A stretch of 64,000 bases of DNA from Planctomycetota bacterium (GTDB lineage Bacteria; Planctomycetota; GCA-002687715; CAIWVZ01), in contig JBGANV010000001.1 in assembly GCA_044222185.1 (NCBI GenBank), positions 1,376,001 through 1,440,000 of the forward strand, written 5' to 3'. Every line of letters starts with the position of its first letter. The first letter of the stretch is position 1. The notes beneath the pieces are model-generated. The model was not told the DNA's origin, made no database searches, and worked only from the letters and a program-made list of their open reading frames with translations. Made by a program: the position numbers and the translations under genes. Below are positions 27,971 through 38,100 of this stretch, piece after piece.

Positions 27971-29139
27971 GCATCGTCCCTTCGACGGATGCCGATCTCG
28001 TCAATCGAATCCTCACGGGTGCGGCGCGCGAGAAGGCCATCGAGCGCTCGCACCGACTCCCCCGCCTCGATCTCGACCGCAACCAGGTGCTCGACCTGGA
28101 GAAGATCGCGAACGGCACGTTCTCACCGCTCGTCGGCTTCATGAACCAGGCCGACACGCGGGCGGTGGTCGACGACGGCCGCATGGCGAACGGCAACCCG
28201 TGGACGATTCCCGTGAACCTTCAGGTCACCGAGGAGCGCGCCCGCTCCCTGCGCGCCGCCACCGAGGTGCTCTTGTGGAACGCCGAGGAGAACCGCCCTG
28301 CCGGCCTGATGGAGATTTCCGAGATCTTCCCCCTCGACCTCGAGCGGGACGCCGCAAGGGTCTACGGGACTACCGAGCGGGCCCATCCCGGCGTGAACCG
28401 GTTCCTCGACGGAGGCGGGTTCGCGCTCGCGGGGCCCGTCTGGCTCATCGACCATTCCGTGTCGCTGATCCCGGCCCGCTTCGACCTCGATCCGCGCGTC
28501 GTCCGTGCCGAGTTCCGCAAACGGGGTTGGAAGACGGTGACCGGGTTCCAGACCCGCAACCTCGGACACCGCGCGCACGAACGGCTTCAGAAGATCGCCC
28601 TCGAGATGACGGACGGGCTGCTCATCCATCCGCTGATCGGGTGGAAGAAGAAGGGCGACATGCTGCCCGAGGTGATCCTCGAGGGGTACGAGGTGCTCGT
28701 CCGCAACTACTACCCCGAACGGCACGTCGTGCTCGCGGCGCTCACCACCGCCATGCGCTATGCCGGCCCTCGCGAGGCCGTGTTCCACGCCCTGATCCGG
28801 CGCAACTTCGGCTGCACACACTTCATCATCGGTCGCGACCACGCTGGCGTCGGCGGGTACTACGAGAAATACGCAGCTCACCGCATGTTCGACCGCTACA
28901 CGCCGCAAGAGCTGGGAATCACGCCGCTGCGGCTCCACGGTCCGTGCTGGTGCAACAAGTGCCAGGAAATCGTCACCGAGAAGACGTGTCCCCACGGCGA
29001 CGGCAGCTGGGTGGACATCTCCGGGACGGAAGTGCGCGCGATGATCGGCCGCGGCGAGCGGCCGCCCGAGTTCTTCATGCGCCCCGAGATCGCGGAATTC
29101 CTCGTCCGCCGGGCCCGCGAAGGTGCCGTGTTCTTCTGA
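27967..29139 (+). CDS. sat: Sulfate adenylyltransferase (ATP sulfurylase, Sat type)
   Basis: FSPLVGFM, HPGV, FQTRNLGHRAHE, MRYAGPREAVFHA, GCTHFIIGRDHAGVG, Zn site CNKC..CPH, ISGTEVR, FMRPE. Confidence 0.92.
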   Translation: MSIVPSTDADLVNRILTGAAREKAIERSHRLPRLDLDRNQVLDLEKIANGTFSPLVGFMNQADTRAVVDDGRMANGNPWTIPVNLQVTEERARSLRAATEVLLWNAEENRPAGLMEISEIFPLDLERDAARVYGTTERAHPGVNRFLDGGGFALAGPVWLIDHSVSLIPARFDLDPRVVRAEFRKRGWKTVTGFQTRNLGHRAHERLQKIALEMTDGLLIHPLIGWKKKGDMLPEVILEGYEVLVRNYYPERHVVLAALTTAMRYAGPREAVFHALIRRNFGCTHFIIGRDHAGVGGYYEKYAAHRMFDRYTPQELGITPLRLHGPCWCNKCQEIVTEKTCPHGDGSWVDISGTEVRAMIGRGERPPEFFMRPEIAEFLVRRAREGAVFF

Positions 29140-29177
29140 GCCGATAGACGAAACAAACCCGTACTGCGGAGTCAGCC

Positions 29178-30344
29178 ATGGTGTTCGGACTGTTCAAGAA
29201 GAAAGACGGGAACGATCGCGCCAAGGCCGCACGGCCGAACGTGATCTTCGTCCTCATCGACATGGTGCGCGCCGACCGTCGCAAGGGTCGCAAGATCTTC
29301 GACGAGCTGGGGCGGCGAAGCATCTGTTTCCCCAAGATGTTCACCCACGCTCCGTACACGATCGCGTCCGTGCACGCGTTCATGTCGGGGATGTACGGCA
29401 GCCTCACGGGCGTCGACGCGTACTACAAGGCGCCGAAGTTCGACAAGGACGGCTGCAAGACGCTCGCGCAGCACTTCAAGGAGAACGGCTACTACTGCCT
29501 GGCCGACTTCATGAACCCGGGCATCGCGCCGCACCAGGGTTTCGACGAGGTCCGCGTGCACGACGAGTTCAAGGACGACCTGCTCGCGCGTCACAAAGCC
29601 ATGATCACGGAAGTGCGTGGAAAGAAGCCCCACTTCCTCTACCTGCACTTCTCCTACGTGCACCGCGAGATCGTCACGAACGTCATCAAGAAGTTCAAAG
29701 ACGACGACCCGAACTACTTCGGCGAGGACAACAGGACGAAGAACGACGAACGCTACAACTCGTACCTCGACATGGCCGAGGAGTACATGACGGGCCTGCT
29801 CGCCCACATGGATTCGCTCAAGGTCGACGAGGACACGATCGTCCTGTTCATGACGGACCATGGTTGCGGCATCGGTGAACGGACCGGCGAGAAGGCCTAC
29901 GGCATCTTCACCTACGACTACACGATCAACGTGTGGGCGTACCTGATGCACAAGGGGCGGCTGCCCGGCGGGAAGGAGATCCCGCAGATGGTCCGGACCA
30001 TCGACATCGCGCCGACGCTCCTCGACCTCTGCAACATCGACCCTGTCGAAGGCGAGAAGGAAATGCAGGGCCGGAGTCTCGTCCCCGTCATCGAGGGCGC
30101 GGATCGCGACGATCGCGAGATCTACGTGGAGACCGCAGGCCTCGACGGTCCCACGCCATCGCCCTACGAGGCCAACATCTTCTGCGTGCGGAACCGCCAG
30201 TGGAAGATGATCTACAACTCCACGACCAAGACGCGCGAGCTGTACGACCTCGTCGCCGACCCGCAGGAGTCGAAGAACATCGCGGGCACGAAACCGGAGG
30301 TCGAGACTCCCCTCTTCGAGAAGATCCGCCGCCGCTACCTGTGA
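29178..30344 (+). CDS. Cytoplasmic sulfatase-fold (alkaline phosphatase superfamily) hydrolase/transferase with a Thr nucleophile
   Basis: PNVIFVLIDMVRAD, APYTIASV in place of C/SxPxR, YLH..YVH, TDHG, DIAPTLL, ELYDLVADPQE; no signal peptide. Confidence 0.85.
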   Translation: MVFGLFKKKDGNDRAKAARPNVIFVLIDMVRADRRKGRKIFDELGRRSICFPKMFTHAPYTIASVHAFMSGMYGSLTGVDAYYKAPKFDKDGCKTLAQHFKENGYYCLADFMNPGIAPHQGFDEVRVHDEFKDDLLARHKAMITEVRGKKPHFLYLHFSYVHREIVTNVIKKFKDDDPNYFGEDNRTKNDERYNSYLDMAEEYMTGLLAHMDSLKVDEDTIVLFMTDHGCGIGERTGEKAYGIFTYDYTINVWAYLMHKGRLPGGKEIPQMVRTIDIAPTLLDLCNIDPVEGEKEMQGRSLVPVIEGADRDDREIYVETAGLDGPTPSPYEANIFCVRNRQWKMIYNSTTKTRELYDLVADPQESKNIAGTKPEVETPLFEKIRRRYL

Positions 30345-30358
30345 GCGGCGGACGCGGG

Positions 30359-30379
30359 GTGAGCGCTGGAGGCGCTCAC
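30359..30379. terminator. Hairpin between convergent genes
   Basis: GTGAGCGC-TGGAG-GCGCTCAC, a perfect 8-bp stem between stops at 30344 and 30390; no U-tract. Confidence 0.5.
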
Positions 30380-30389
30380 GCCAGGTCGA

Positions 30390-32426
30390 TCAGAACCCGG
30401 CCCAGCTGTAGTTGCCCGCCGGGAGCGGGGTGAAGAGGATCGAGTTCAACGATCCTGCGAGCGACGCGCACTGGCCGCCACCCGTGTTGTTGTAGAAGTC
30501 GTACCACATCCGCGTGGTCGTCGCGGGAGTCCCCGAGCCGCCCGCCGAGAAGGTGGTGACGCCGCTGTCAGTCGCGCCCGTGCCCCGGCTGATGCCGAGG
30601 AACTGTCGCGTCCCCGTGCCTGCCGCCGCGGTGTTTGCCGGAATCCCGAGCAACCCGTCCAGCCTCACCGTGTTCGCCGACGTGTCGAACTCGATTGCGA
30701 ACGTGTTCGCGACCGTGGTGCCGAAGTAGGGCACGGCGTTGTAGGCCACGCGCACCTTGTTCGCGGCGGGAGCCGAGACGCTGACGGTCGCCGCACCGGT
30801 GACGTTGAGGTCCGTCCAGAAACCGACGAACGGCAGACCGCTCGTGGCCTCCGCGACCGTCGGCGAAAAGTCCGTGCTCGAGCCGCCGAAGGTGATGCGG
30901 CCGTTGCTGCCGACGTTCAAGACCGAGTAGCTCACGCCGAAGAACGTGACGTTCGACGAGCAGGTGGCGCCACCCAGGCTGATCGCGGCAGAGACGTCGT
31001 CCCCGACCGGTCCCGCCGCGAACGCCCCCCCGGCGACCGTCGTGATCTGAACTCCCTGGCTGAACGCGATGCCGTCCGCGTTCGACGGATCACCCACGAA
31101 CATCTGCAGCGAGGCCGTCAACGGAACCGTGGCGGTGAACGGAAGCGAGAGGTTCCCGCTCCATGGCAACGGAATCGACGCGCCGGCGCCCGTGCTGATG
31201 AAGACCATCCCGGGGAGGGGCACGTTCAGGATCTGGCCGCCGGGAGTGACGTACGTCCCCGCATTGCGCGGAACGAGGCTGCCCAGGTTCAGCGCCATGT
31301 CGAACGGGAAACCGATCGCCGCGGGAACGCTGCTCAGGTGAACGGTCCCGCTCGTCCCGATGCACTTCGTCGTCACGGCAGGTGAGCTGCTCGTGCCCTG
31401 GACGCCGTCGGCGTCCAGGTTCGACCGCGGCGAGTTCACCTGGTACTGGGGCACGCTCGGGGCACAGCCCGTCGACGTGAGGAGGCTCGCACGGAAGCCG
31501 CCGGGTCCGAACAGCGCCTGCATGCGGGACTTTTGTCCGAGGGTGAACATGTTCATGCACGGGTCGTCCGTGTAGTCCATGTAGTTCTCGTATTGGACCG
31601 AGTTGCCGCACTGCGTGAGGGTCGACGGGTACGGGCATCCGAACGTGGAGGCGTTGCTGTCCGGGGTATCCGCAACGAGGTCGTCGACCCCGCACGTCGA
31701 GCTGTCACCCCAGAGGTGGATGAGATTCAGCCAGTGGCCGACCTCGTGCGTCGCACTGCGCCCGGAGTTGTACGCCGAGAGGTTCGTCGGATACCCGCGA
31801 CCGACCGACTGCCACGTGACGACGACGCCGTCCGTCGCCGCGGCGCCGCCAGGGAACTGCGCGTAGCCGAGCAGACCACCTCCGAGCGGAGCGATCCAGA
31901 TGTTCAGGTACTGCCCCGCCGGCCACGCGTCGTGACCACCGGTCGCCGCGTGCTTCACGTTGTTGTTGGTGTTGAACGACGTCGTCGCGGTCTGGGTGCG
32001 AGTGATACCCGTCGTCGGCGCTCCCGTGGGATCGCGCGACGCAAGACAGAACTGGATCTCCGCGTCCGCGGCGACGCCGAGAAACGCCGCACGGGTCTGT
32101 GACGCGTCGGCATTCAACCGCCGGAAGTCCTCGTTCAGCACCTGGAGCTGCGAAAGCACCTGGGCATCGGGAATGTTCTGCGCCGACGTGTTGTAGACGA
32201 TGTGGAAGACGGTCGGGATCGTCACGACCAGTTCTGGATGGTACGGGTCGTTCACGAACTGCTGCGTCTGCGCTTCGATCTGCGCGAGGCGTGCCGGCAG
32301 GTCCTTGTCCTGCTCGAGCAGCATCGCGTGATTCTCCATCGTTCCGCAGGTGCGCTGGGCAACGGCCAGCGTCGGCACCAGGGCGACCATCGCCGCCATG
32401 GCGAGCCAGAGACTTCTCGTTCGCAT
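30390..32426 (-). CDS. Secreted M43 (ulilysin/pappalysin) zinc metalloprotease with C-terminal beta-domain and nidogen-like domain
   Basis: Signal peptide, Cys-switch-like RTCGT, HEVGHWLNLIHLWGD, DDLVADTP, ENYMDYTDD; C-terminal FFG..Y....V.SNG.I.FG..FWTDL. Confidence 0.93.
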   Translation of the reverse strand: MRTRSLWLAMAAMVALVPTLAVAQRTCGTMENHAMLLEQDKDLPARLAQIEAQTQQFVNDPYHPELVVTIPTVFHIVYNTSAQNIPDAQVLSQLQVLNEDFRRLNADASQTRAAFLGVAADAEIQFCLASRDPTGAPTTGITRTQTATTSFNTNNNVKHAATGGHDAWPAGQYLNIWIAPLGGGLLGYAQFPGGAAATDGVVVTWQSVGRGYPTNLSAYNSGRSATHEVGHWLNLIHLWGDSSTCGVDDLVADTPDSNASTFGCPYPSTLTQCGNSVQYENYMDYTDDPCMNMFTLGQKSRMQALFGPGGFRASLLTSTGCAPSVPQYQVNSPRSNLDADGVQGTSSSPAVTTKCIGTSGTVHLSSVPAAIGFPFDMALNLGSLVPRNAGTYVTPGGQILNVPLPGMVFISTGAGASIPLPWSGNLSLPFTATVPLTASLQMFVGDPSNADGIAFSQGVQITTVAGGAFAAGPVGDDVSAAISLGGATCSSNVTFFGVSYSVLNVGSNGRITFGGSSTDFSPTVAEATSGLPFVGFWTDLNVTGAATVSVSAPAANKVRVAYNAVPYFGTTVANTFAIEFDTSANTVRLDGLLGIPANTAAAGTGTRQFLGISRGTGATDSGVTTFSAGGSGTPATTTRMWYDFYNNTGGGQCASLAGSLNSILFTPLPAGNYSWAGF

Positions 32427-32716
32427 GGTTTCACTCCAACGATCACGGTGCCGCGAGAGCGAGTCGTCGGAGAAACGACGTGCTGGGCAGAACGGTCCGC
32501 TGCTGGGACCTCCGACGTGGGGGTGGCTTCACCTACATCGCGATCGACGCCGGATCATATGCCGGAACGCCACGGGAGAAAGAGGCGTTCGTCCGCCTTC
32601 CACGGCGTTCGGACGCCCCCTGACACGCCCGCGGCTGAAGAATTGAAAGCGCGCTGATATGGCGGACACGCCGCGAATGTGGCTCGCGCCGGAGGAATTC
32701 GGGACCCGATCGCGCG

Positions 32717-34000
32717 TCAGGCATCCGGCCGGCGGCGCGCCCTGAGTTGGAACGGACCATCGCGGAGCGCGTCCATGGCACCGCTCACACCGCGCAACCC
32801 ATGGTGCGAGAAGAGAACGGCTCCGGACGCTCCGAGGATGCGGGTGGACTCCACACGGTGGACGATTTCCGCAGAGGTGAGCTTCCACGCTCCAATACCG
32901 GCCCAGATCTGCCCGCGCCCTTTCGCCGCAACCGCGGCCCGCAGCTGGCGATCGAAGACGTCAGGACGCTCCGAGTAGATCATCGGACACGCGGCGTCGA
33001 GCGCGCCGTCCCGGAGCCACGCGGGCCAGTCCTGAAGCCGGTGGTCACGGGCATCGCCGATGTCCGGAAACACGGCGGCGCTCACGACGATCGACGGGCG
33101 GATTCGACGTGCAGCCTCGCCGACGTCACGAACGAGGTGTGTGACTCCGTCCCGCCGGAACTGCGCGAACCGCGCGGGATAGCGCCTGGCGTACGCGAGC
33201 GGGTCGGCCTTCGAACGGATCCCCATCTCGCCCCGTTCGGATTCCGACAGTCCAGCGTCGACCTCGCGTCGAAAGAGCTCGAGCACCTTCCGCCCGTAGC
33301 CGAACTCGGTGCTCGGATAACGGATGTAATCCAGGTGGATGCCGTCGATCCGATACTTGTTGCAGATGTCCTCGACGACTCGCACCACGTGGGCGCGGTA
33401 GTCGGGGATCGAGGGGTCACAGAAGAGCCCTTCGACTTCGTTCTTGTGCTCTTTCGCGTACCGCGTGATCGCATCCGTGTACGTCGGATCGTGCGGCATG
33501 CGATTCCAGAGCTGCTGCGCGAGCGCCTGCGGGACCGAGAGCCACTCGGGGTGCGCCACGACCACGTGGTTCAAATCCGTGGGCACGTCGAACGCGTTGG
33601 CGACGAGTCCGCAGTTGACCCAGGCATGGACCTCCGTGCCGCTCCTCACGGATTCGATGGCCCGACCGAGCGGGTCGAACCCACTCGCCTTCAGCCTCGC
33701 CGGCCGCGGCTCGATCGAGGAGTTGTAGTAGGCATCGCCCCGCGAGCGCACCTGTAGGAACAGCGCGTTGCCGCGGAACCCCTGCAGCTCGTCGACGGCT
33801 TTCGACACGTCCGCGTCGTCGGCGGCCGAACTGGCCACGACCCACGTCGCGCGGAGCTCCGGCGCCCCGAGCGGACCCTCGGACACCACCGCAGGTCGAC
33901 TCGTCGTCGACGATCCCCTCGGTGAGCTGCACCCCGCTGCAAGGATCGCGAACGCCGCGAGCCCCGCGACGGTCAACCGCGCGTTGACGATGGTCGGCAT
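32717..34000 (-). CDS. GHL10/DUF187 (YddW/DigH-like) glycoside hydrolase lipoprotein
   Basis: Lipobox LAAGC, ELRATWV, QVRSRGDAYY, FDPL, EVHAW, IDGIHLDYIRY, QDWPAWL, PMIY. Confidence 0.88.
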   Translation of the reverse strand: MPTIVNARLTVAGLAAFAILAAGCSSPRGSSTTSRPAVVSEGPLGAPELRATWVVASSAADDADVSKAVDELQGFRGNALFLQVRSRGDAYYNSSIEPRPARLKASGFDPLGRAIESVRSGTEVHAWVNCGLVANAFDVPTDLNHVVVAHPEWLSVPQALAQQLWNRMPHDPTYTDAITRYAKEHKNEVEGLFCDPSIPDYRAHVVRVVEDICNKYRIDGIHLDYIRYPSTEFGYGRKVLELFRREVDAGLSESERGEMGIRSKADPLAYARRYPARFAQFRRDGVTHLVRDVGEAARRIRPSIVVSAAVFPDIGDARDHRLQDWPAWLRDGALDAACPMIYSERPDVFDRQLRAAVAAKGRGQIWAGIGAWKLTSAEIVHRVESTRILGASGAVLFSHHGLRGVSGAMDALRDGPFQLRARRRPDA

Positions 34001-34007
34001 GTGTGGA

Positions 34008-35093
34008 TCACTTCGAGTAGAAGATGAGGAGATCGCGCTTGATGTCGGGCGGCCACACGTAGGTTTCCTCGAGCAGCTTGGCGAGCACTCGCTTCTTCGC
34101 CTGCCCGATGTGTTCCTGGCGGAGCACCTCACGGATCTGCGATTGCGCCTCTTCGAAAGGCATGACCCGCGCCGCAACCCGCTCCTTGACGAGCACGAGG
34201 GCGAACCCGCGCGGGTTCGTCTTGTTCGGGAACGGGAGCGGAGCCGACAGTTCGTTCACCGGCGCGGAGAGCGCGTAGTCGACGATCACTTTCTGATAGG
34301 ACGACGCCGCGTCGACCCAGCCGTGGTCGCCGCCTTCGTCGGCCTTGATGCCGCGGCTGTACCGCTTCGCGAGCACGCCGAAGTCGGCACCCGTGCGGAG
34401 GGCCTCGCGGATCTCCTCGCACTTCTCGAGCGTCGCCTCCTCGGGCGTCTGGTTGCCCACGGGCATGAACGCAGTCTTGGGGAGGTAGATCACGAACGTC
34501 TTCGCCTGGTCCTTCTGCGTGAATTTCTCCTTCAGGTTCTGCTGGTAGAAGCGCCGGATCTCCCGGGCAGTCGGCTCGACCCAGAAGTCCGGGCGGAACT
34601 GCGGCGCCCGCGTGCCGAACGCGCCGGCCTGTGCTGCGGTCACCGTATTCCGCGTGATGTCGCGGCCGAGCGTCTCTTCGTACTCGGTCTCGCTGGCGAA
34701 GCCCTGCTCCCGGAGGAACTCGCGGAATTCGCCCTCGCCGCCTGCGCGCTCCTTCGCCGCTTCGAGCTGCTGGAGGATGAACTTCTTGGGGATCACGGCT
34801 CCCGTACGCACGACCGCAAGTTCCTCGACCTTCTCGCGTACGAGTTCCAGGAGCTTCGGCCGGAAGGCCCGGCGCCGAAGCTCCGGATCCGCCTTCCAGT
34901 AGTTGGGCCCCAGGGCCTTCTCGACCTCGCTCTTGGTGACGACGACGTTGTTGATCTTCGCGGCGGCCGCATCGACGGCGCCCTCTTCGGGCTCGGCGGG
35001 CGGCGGTGTCGACGGTCGTGTCGTCTGCCCCACCGCCAGCCCGGCTATCGACAGGGCGACGGCGAGCGCGAGGCCTCGGATCGGTCGTTGCAT
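34008..35093 (-). CDS. SurA-like PpiC-type peptidyl-prolyl isomerase
   Basis: Signal peptide, AAKINNVVVTKSEV, FGVLAKRYS....EGGDHGW; directly downstream of mfd. Confidence 0.82.
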   Translation of the reverse strand: MQRPIRGLALAVALSIAGLAVGQTTRPSTPPPAEPEEGAVDAAAAKINNVVVTKSEVEKALGPNYWKADPELRRRAFRPKLLELVREKVEELAVVRTGAVIPKKFILQQLEAAKERAGGEGEFREFLREQGFASETEYEETLGRDITRNTVTAAQAGAFGTRAPQFRPDFWVEPTAREIRRFYQQNLKEKFTQKDQAKTFVIYLPKTAFMPVGNQTPEEATLEKCEEIREALRTGADFGVLAKRYSRGIKADEGGDHGWVDAASSYQKVIVDYALSAPVNELSAPLPFPNKTNPRGFALVLVKERVAARVMPFEEAQSQIREVLRQEHIGQAKKRVLAKLLEETYVWPPDIKRDLLIFYSK

Positions 35094-35108
35094 GGATTTC
35101 CCCCGGTC

Positions 35109-38100
35109 TTAAGTCCGCGGATTATAGGTCGCTGGCGCCGCGACTCCATCCGATGCGAGCGGCGTGAGGGACGACTGGAGAAAGTCCAGGAGTTCGCGCG
35201 GTCCAGAGAACGGCTGGGGATGCACCAGGAGCAACGTGTTCCCTCCAACGACGCGAGCCAGCCTGGGGTCCAGCTTCACGCGGCGGCAGAGCGCACCCAG
35301 GTTCTTCGCCCGCAGCATGGGTCCCTCCCCCTTCAGCAGTTCGAGTCGCGAGATCCGCTCGCGTTCCATGAACGCGCGAATCCTCGCCACGTGGACGAAC
35401 TCCTCGACGACGGCGGGCGCGGGGCCGAACCGGTCGCGAAGCTCGGCGATGACCGTGCGGAAGTCGTCCTCGACGCGGCAGCGGCCGAGCTTGCGGTAGA
35501 TCTCGATCCGCAACCGACGGTCGGTGACGTAGTCCTCCGGCACGTATGCGTCGAAGTCCAGGAACAGCTCGATCTCTTCCGGCGAGACGATTCGCTCGTT
35601 CTTCAGACGCTTGACGGCCATGTCGAGGAGACGGCAGTAGAGGTCGTACCCGACCGACGCGATGTGTCCGCTCTGCTCGGGACCGAGGAGGTTCCCCGCC
35701 CCCCGGATCTCCAGGTCGCGGAGCGCGAGTTGGAACCCGGCGCCGAGGTGGTTGAACTCCTCGATCGCGTGGAGGCGCTTCTGCGCGACTTCGGTCGGTA
35801 CAACGTCCGCCCGCACGAGGAAGTAGGCGAACGCCTGGACCTCCGATCGCCCGACCCGACCGCGCAACTGGTGGAGGTCCGAAAGCCCGTACATCTCGGC
35901 GCGGTCCACGAAGATGGTGTTTGCGCGCGGAATGTGAAGGCCGGATTCGACGATCGTCGTCGAGACGAGGACGGTCGCTCGCCCATGAACGAAATCGTTC
36001 ATCACCCGTTCGAGTTCACGCTCGCCCATCTGGCCGTGACCCACGACGAAGCTGGCTTCGGGTACCAGCTGCTGGAGCTGGTGAACGAGCCTGTGGATCG
36101 TCTGGACGCGGTTGTGGATGAAGAACACCTGACCATGGCGCTCCACCTCGCGCATGATGCCGGCGCGCACCAGCGCCGGGCTCCACTCGGATACCTCCGA
36201 ATGAACGGGACGTCGCCCTGCGGGTGCCTGCCTAAGCGTGGCGATGTCGCGGATGCCGACCATCGATTGGTGCAGCGTCCTGGGGATCGGCGTGGCGCTG
36301 AGCGAGAGGACGTCCAGGTTGCGACGGAGCTTGCGCAACTTCTCCTTGTGGACGACGCCGAAGCGCTGCTCTTCGTCGACGATGAGGAGCCCGAGTTCCC
36401 TGAACACGACGTCGTCCTGCAAGAGACGATGGGTGCCGATCAGCACGTCGACGTGCCCGGCCGTCACGCCTTCGAGGACCTGTTTCACCTGGCGTTCGGT
36501 GCGAAACCGCGACAACGACTCCACCGTCACCGGGAAGTCGGCCATTCGCTCCCGAAACGTCTCCGCGTGTTGATGCGCGAGGATCGTCGTCGGTACGAGC
36601 ACGGCCACCTGGCGCCCACCCATCACGCACTTGAACGCCGCGCGCATGGCGAGTTCCGTCTTGCCGTAGCCCACGTCTCCGCAAAGCAGACGATCCATGG
36701 GTCGCGGCGACTCGAGATCGCGCTTGATGGCCTCGATGGACGTGAGCTGATCAGGGGTCTCCTGGTGCGGGAATGCCGCCTCGAACGCCTGCTGCCACTG
36801 CGTGTCGGCGGGATGCGCGATGCCCTGGGCGCGTGCCCGAACCGCGCTGAGCTCCAGGAGGTCCGCCGCCAGGTCCGTCACCGCGTCCGCGACCTGCGCC
36901 TTCTTCTTCTGGAAGGACCCGCTGCCAACCTTCGACAGCTCGGGCGCCTCGCCGCGGCCACCCACGTACTTCTGGACGAGGTCGATCTTGGCCGTAGGCA
37001 CGTGGACGTGGACGTCGTCGCGGAACTCCAGCACGAGGAAGTCCTGGTGGGCACCTCCGCGCTCCGTTCGCTCGAGCTTCATGAATCGCGCGATGCCGTG
37101 GACGAGATGGACGACGAAATCGCCCTCCGCCAGATCCAGGAACGTATCCAGCGGGCGCGTCTCGAGCGGGGGTTCCACCTCCTCGGGCGAAGCCTCCACG
37201 GCGCGCGTGACGGCGAACAACTCGTGGTGCGACACCGCCGCGATCCCGAGGAGCGGTGACGAAAACCCCTCGCTCAACGGGCCGTCGAGCGGGATCACGG
37301 TGCGTCGCAAGACGTCGCTCGCCCCGGCCGGCGCGTCCGTCGCCCGTAACGCGGCAAAGAAGCGCTCGCGTTCCGTCGCGCCGTCGAAGCAGAAGAGCGT
37401 GGCGGTCTTGCCGCGAGTCACGCGCTCGAGAGTCCGGACGGCCGCCTCGAACGAATGCCCTTCGGCGGTGACGACCTGAGACCCCAGGTTGATGGCGCTC
37501 TCCGCGGGTCCCCGCACCCTCGTGACGACGATCTCCCGGAACCGGCGCAGCGCCTCCATGCGCGCACGTGCCGCCGGACGCGCATCCTCGAGGAACGTCT
37601 CCTGATGCGCCGCGGACATCTGCTCGATCCGCCTCGGGTCGCGCAGGACGACGACCGTGTCGTCGGACAGATACTCGGCGAGCGCGCCGTCGCCCGTGGG
37701 GCCGTCGGGACCCTCGAGCCAGACGCTCGCGACCGTGAGGGTCTCGACGAAAATCTGGCTCACGGGGTCGAACCGGCGCAGCCCCTCGACGACGTCATCG
37801 AAGACCTCGACGCGCAGCGGAAGGCGCGCCCGCCGATCGAAGACGTCCACGAGGTCACCGCGGACGGCGAACTGACCGGCCGCGGAGACGACTGCCGTGC
37901 GTTCGAACCCGGCGGATCCGAGCGCCGCCGTGAACTCGTCCATCGCACACCGACCGCCGACTCGCAGCGAGCGTTCGGCGGACGAGAGATCGGCGCGCCG
38001 CGGCAGCGGGTCCATGGCGCTTTCGACGGACGCGGCGAGCATGCGAGATCCCCCTGCGCACCACTCGGCGATACCCCGGGCCCGCTCCACACCGCTGGCT

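Noticed and set aside
27967-29139. Marker of dissimilatory sulfate reduction or sulfur oxidation
   Set aside because: No aprAB, qmo or dsr genes in the window; the context points to biosynthetic use.
32427-32716. Possible ncRNA or small ORF in the 290-nt gap upstream of the M43 protease
   Set aside because: No recognisable tRNA, riboswitch or convincing coding signal; likely just a promoter region.
33768-37259. 1163-aa plus-strand ORF and many other long overlapping ORFs (e.g. 1984-3654, 20336-21988, 40234-41700, 46928-48646)
   Set aside because: Antisense or off-frame shadows of well-supported genes; Arg/Pro-rich with no motifs, as expected at high GC.
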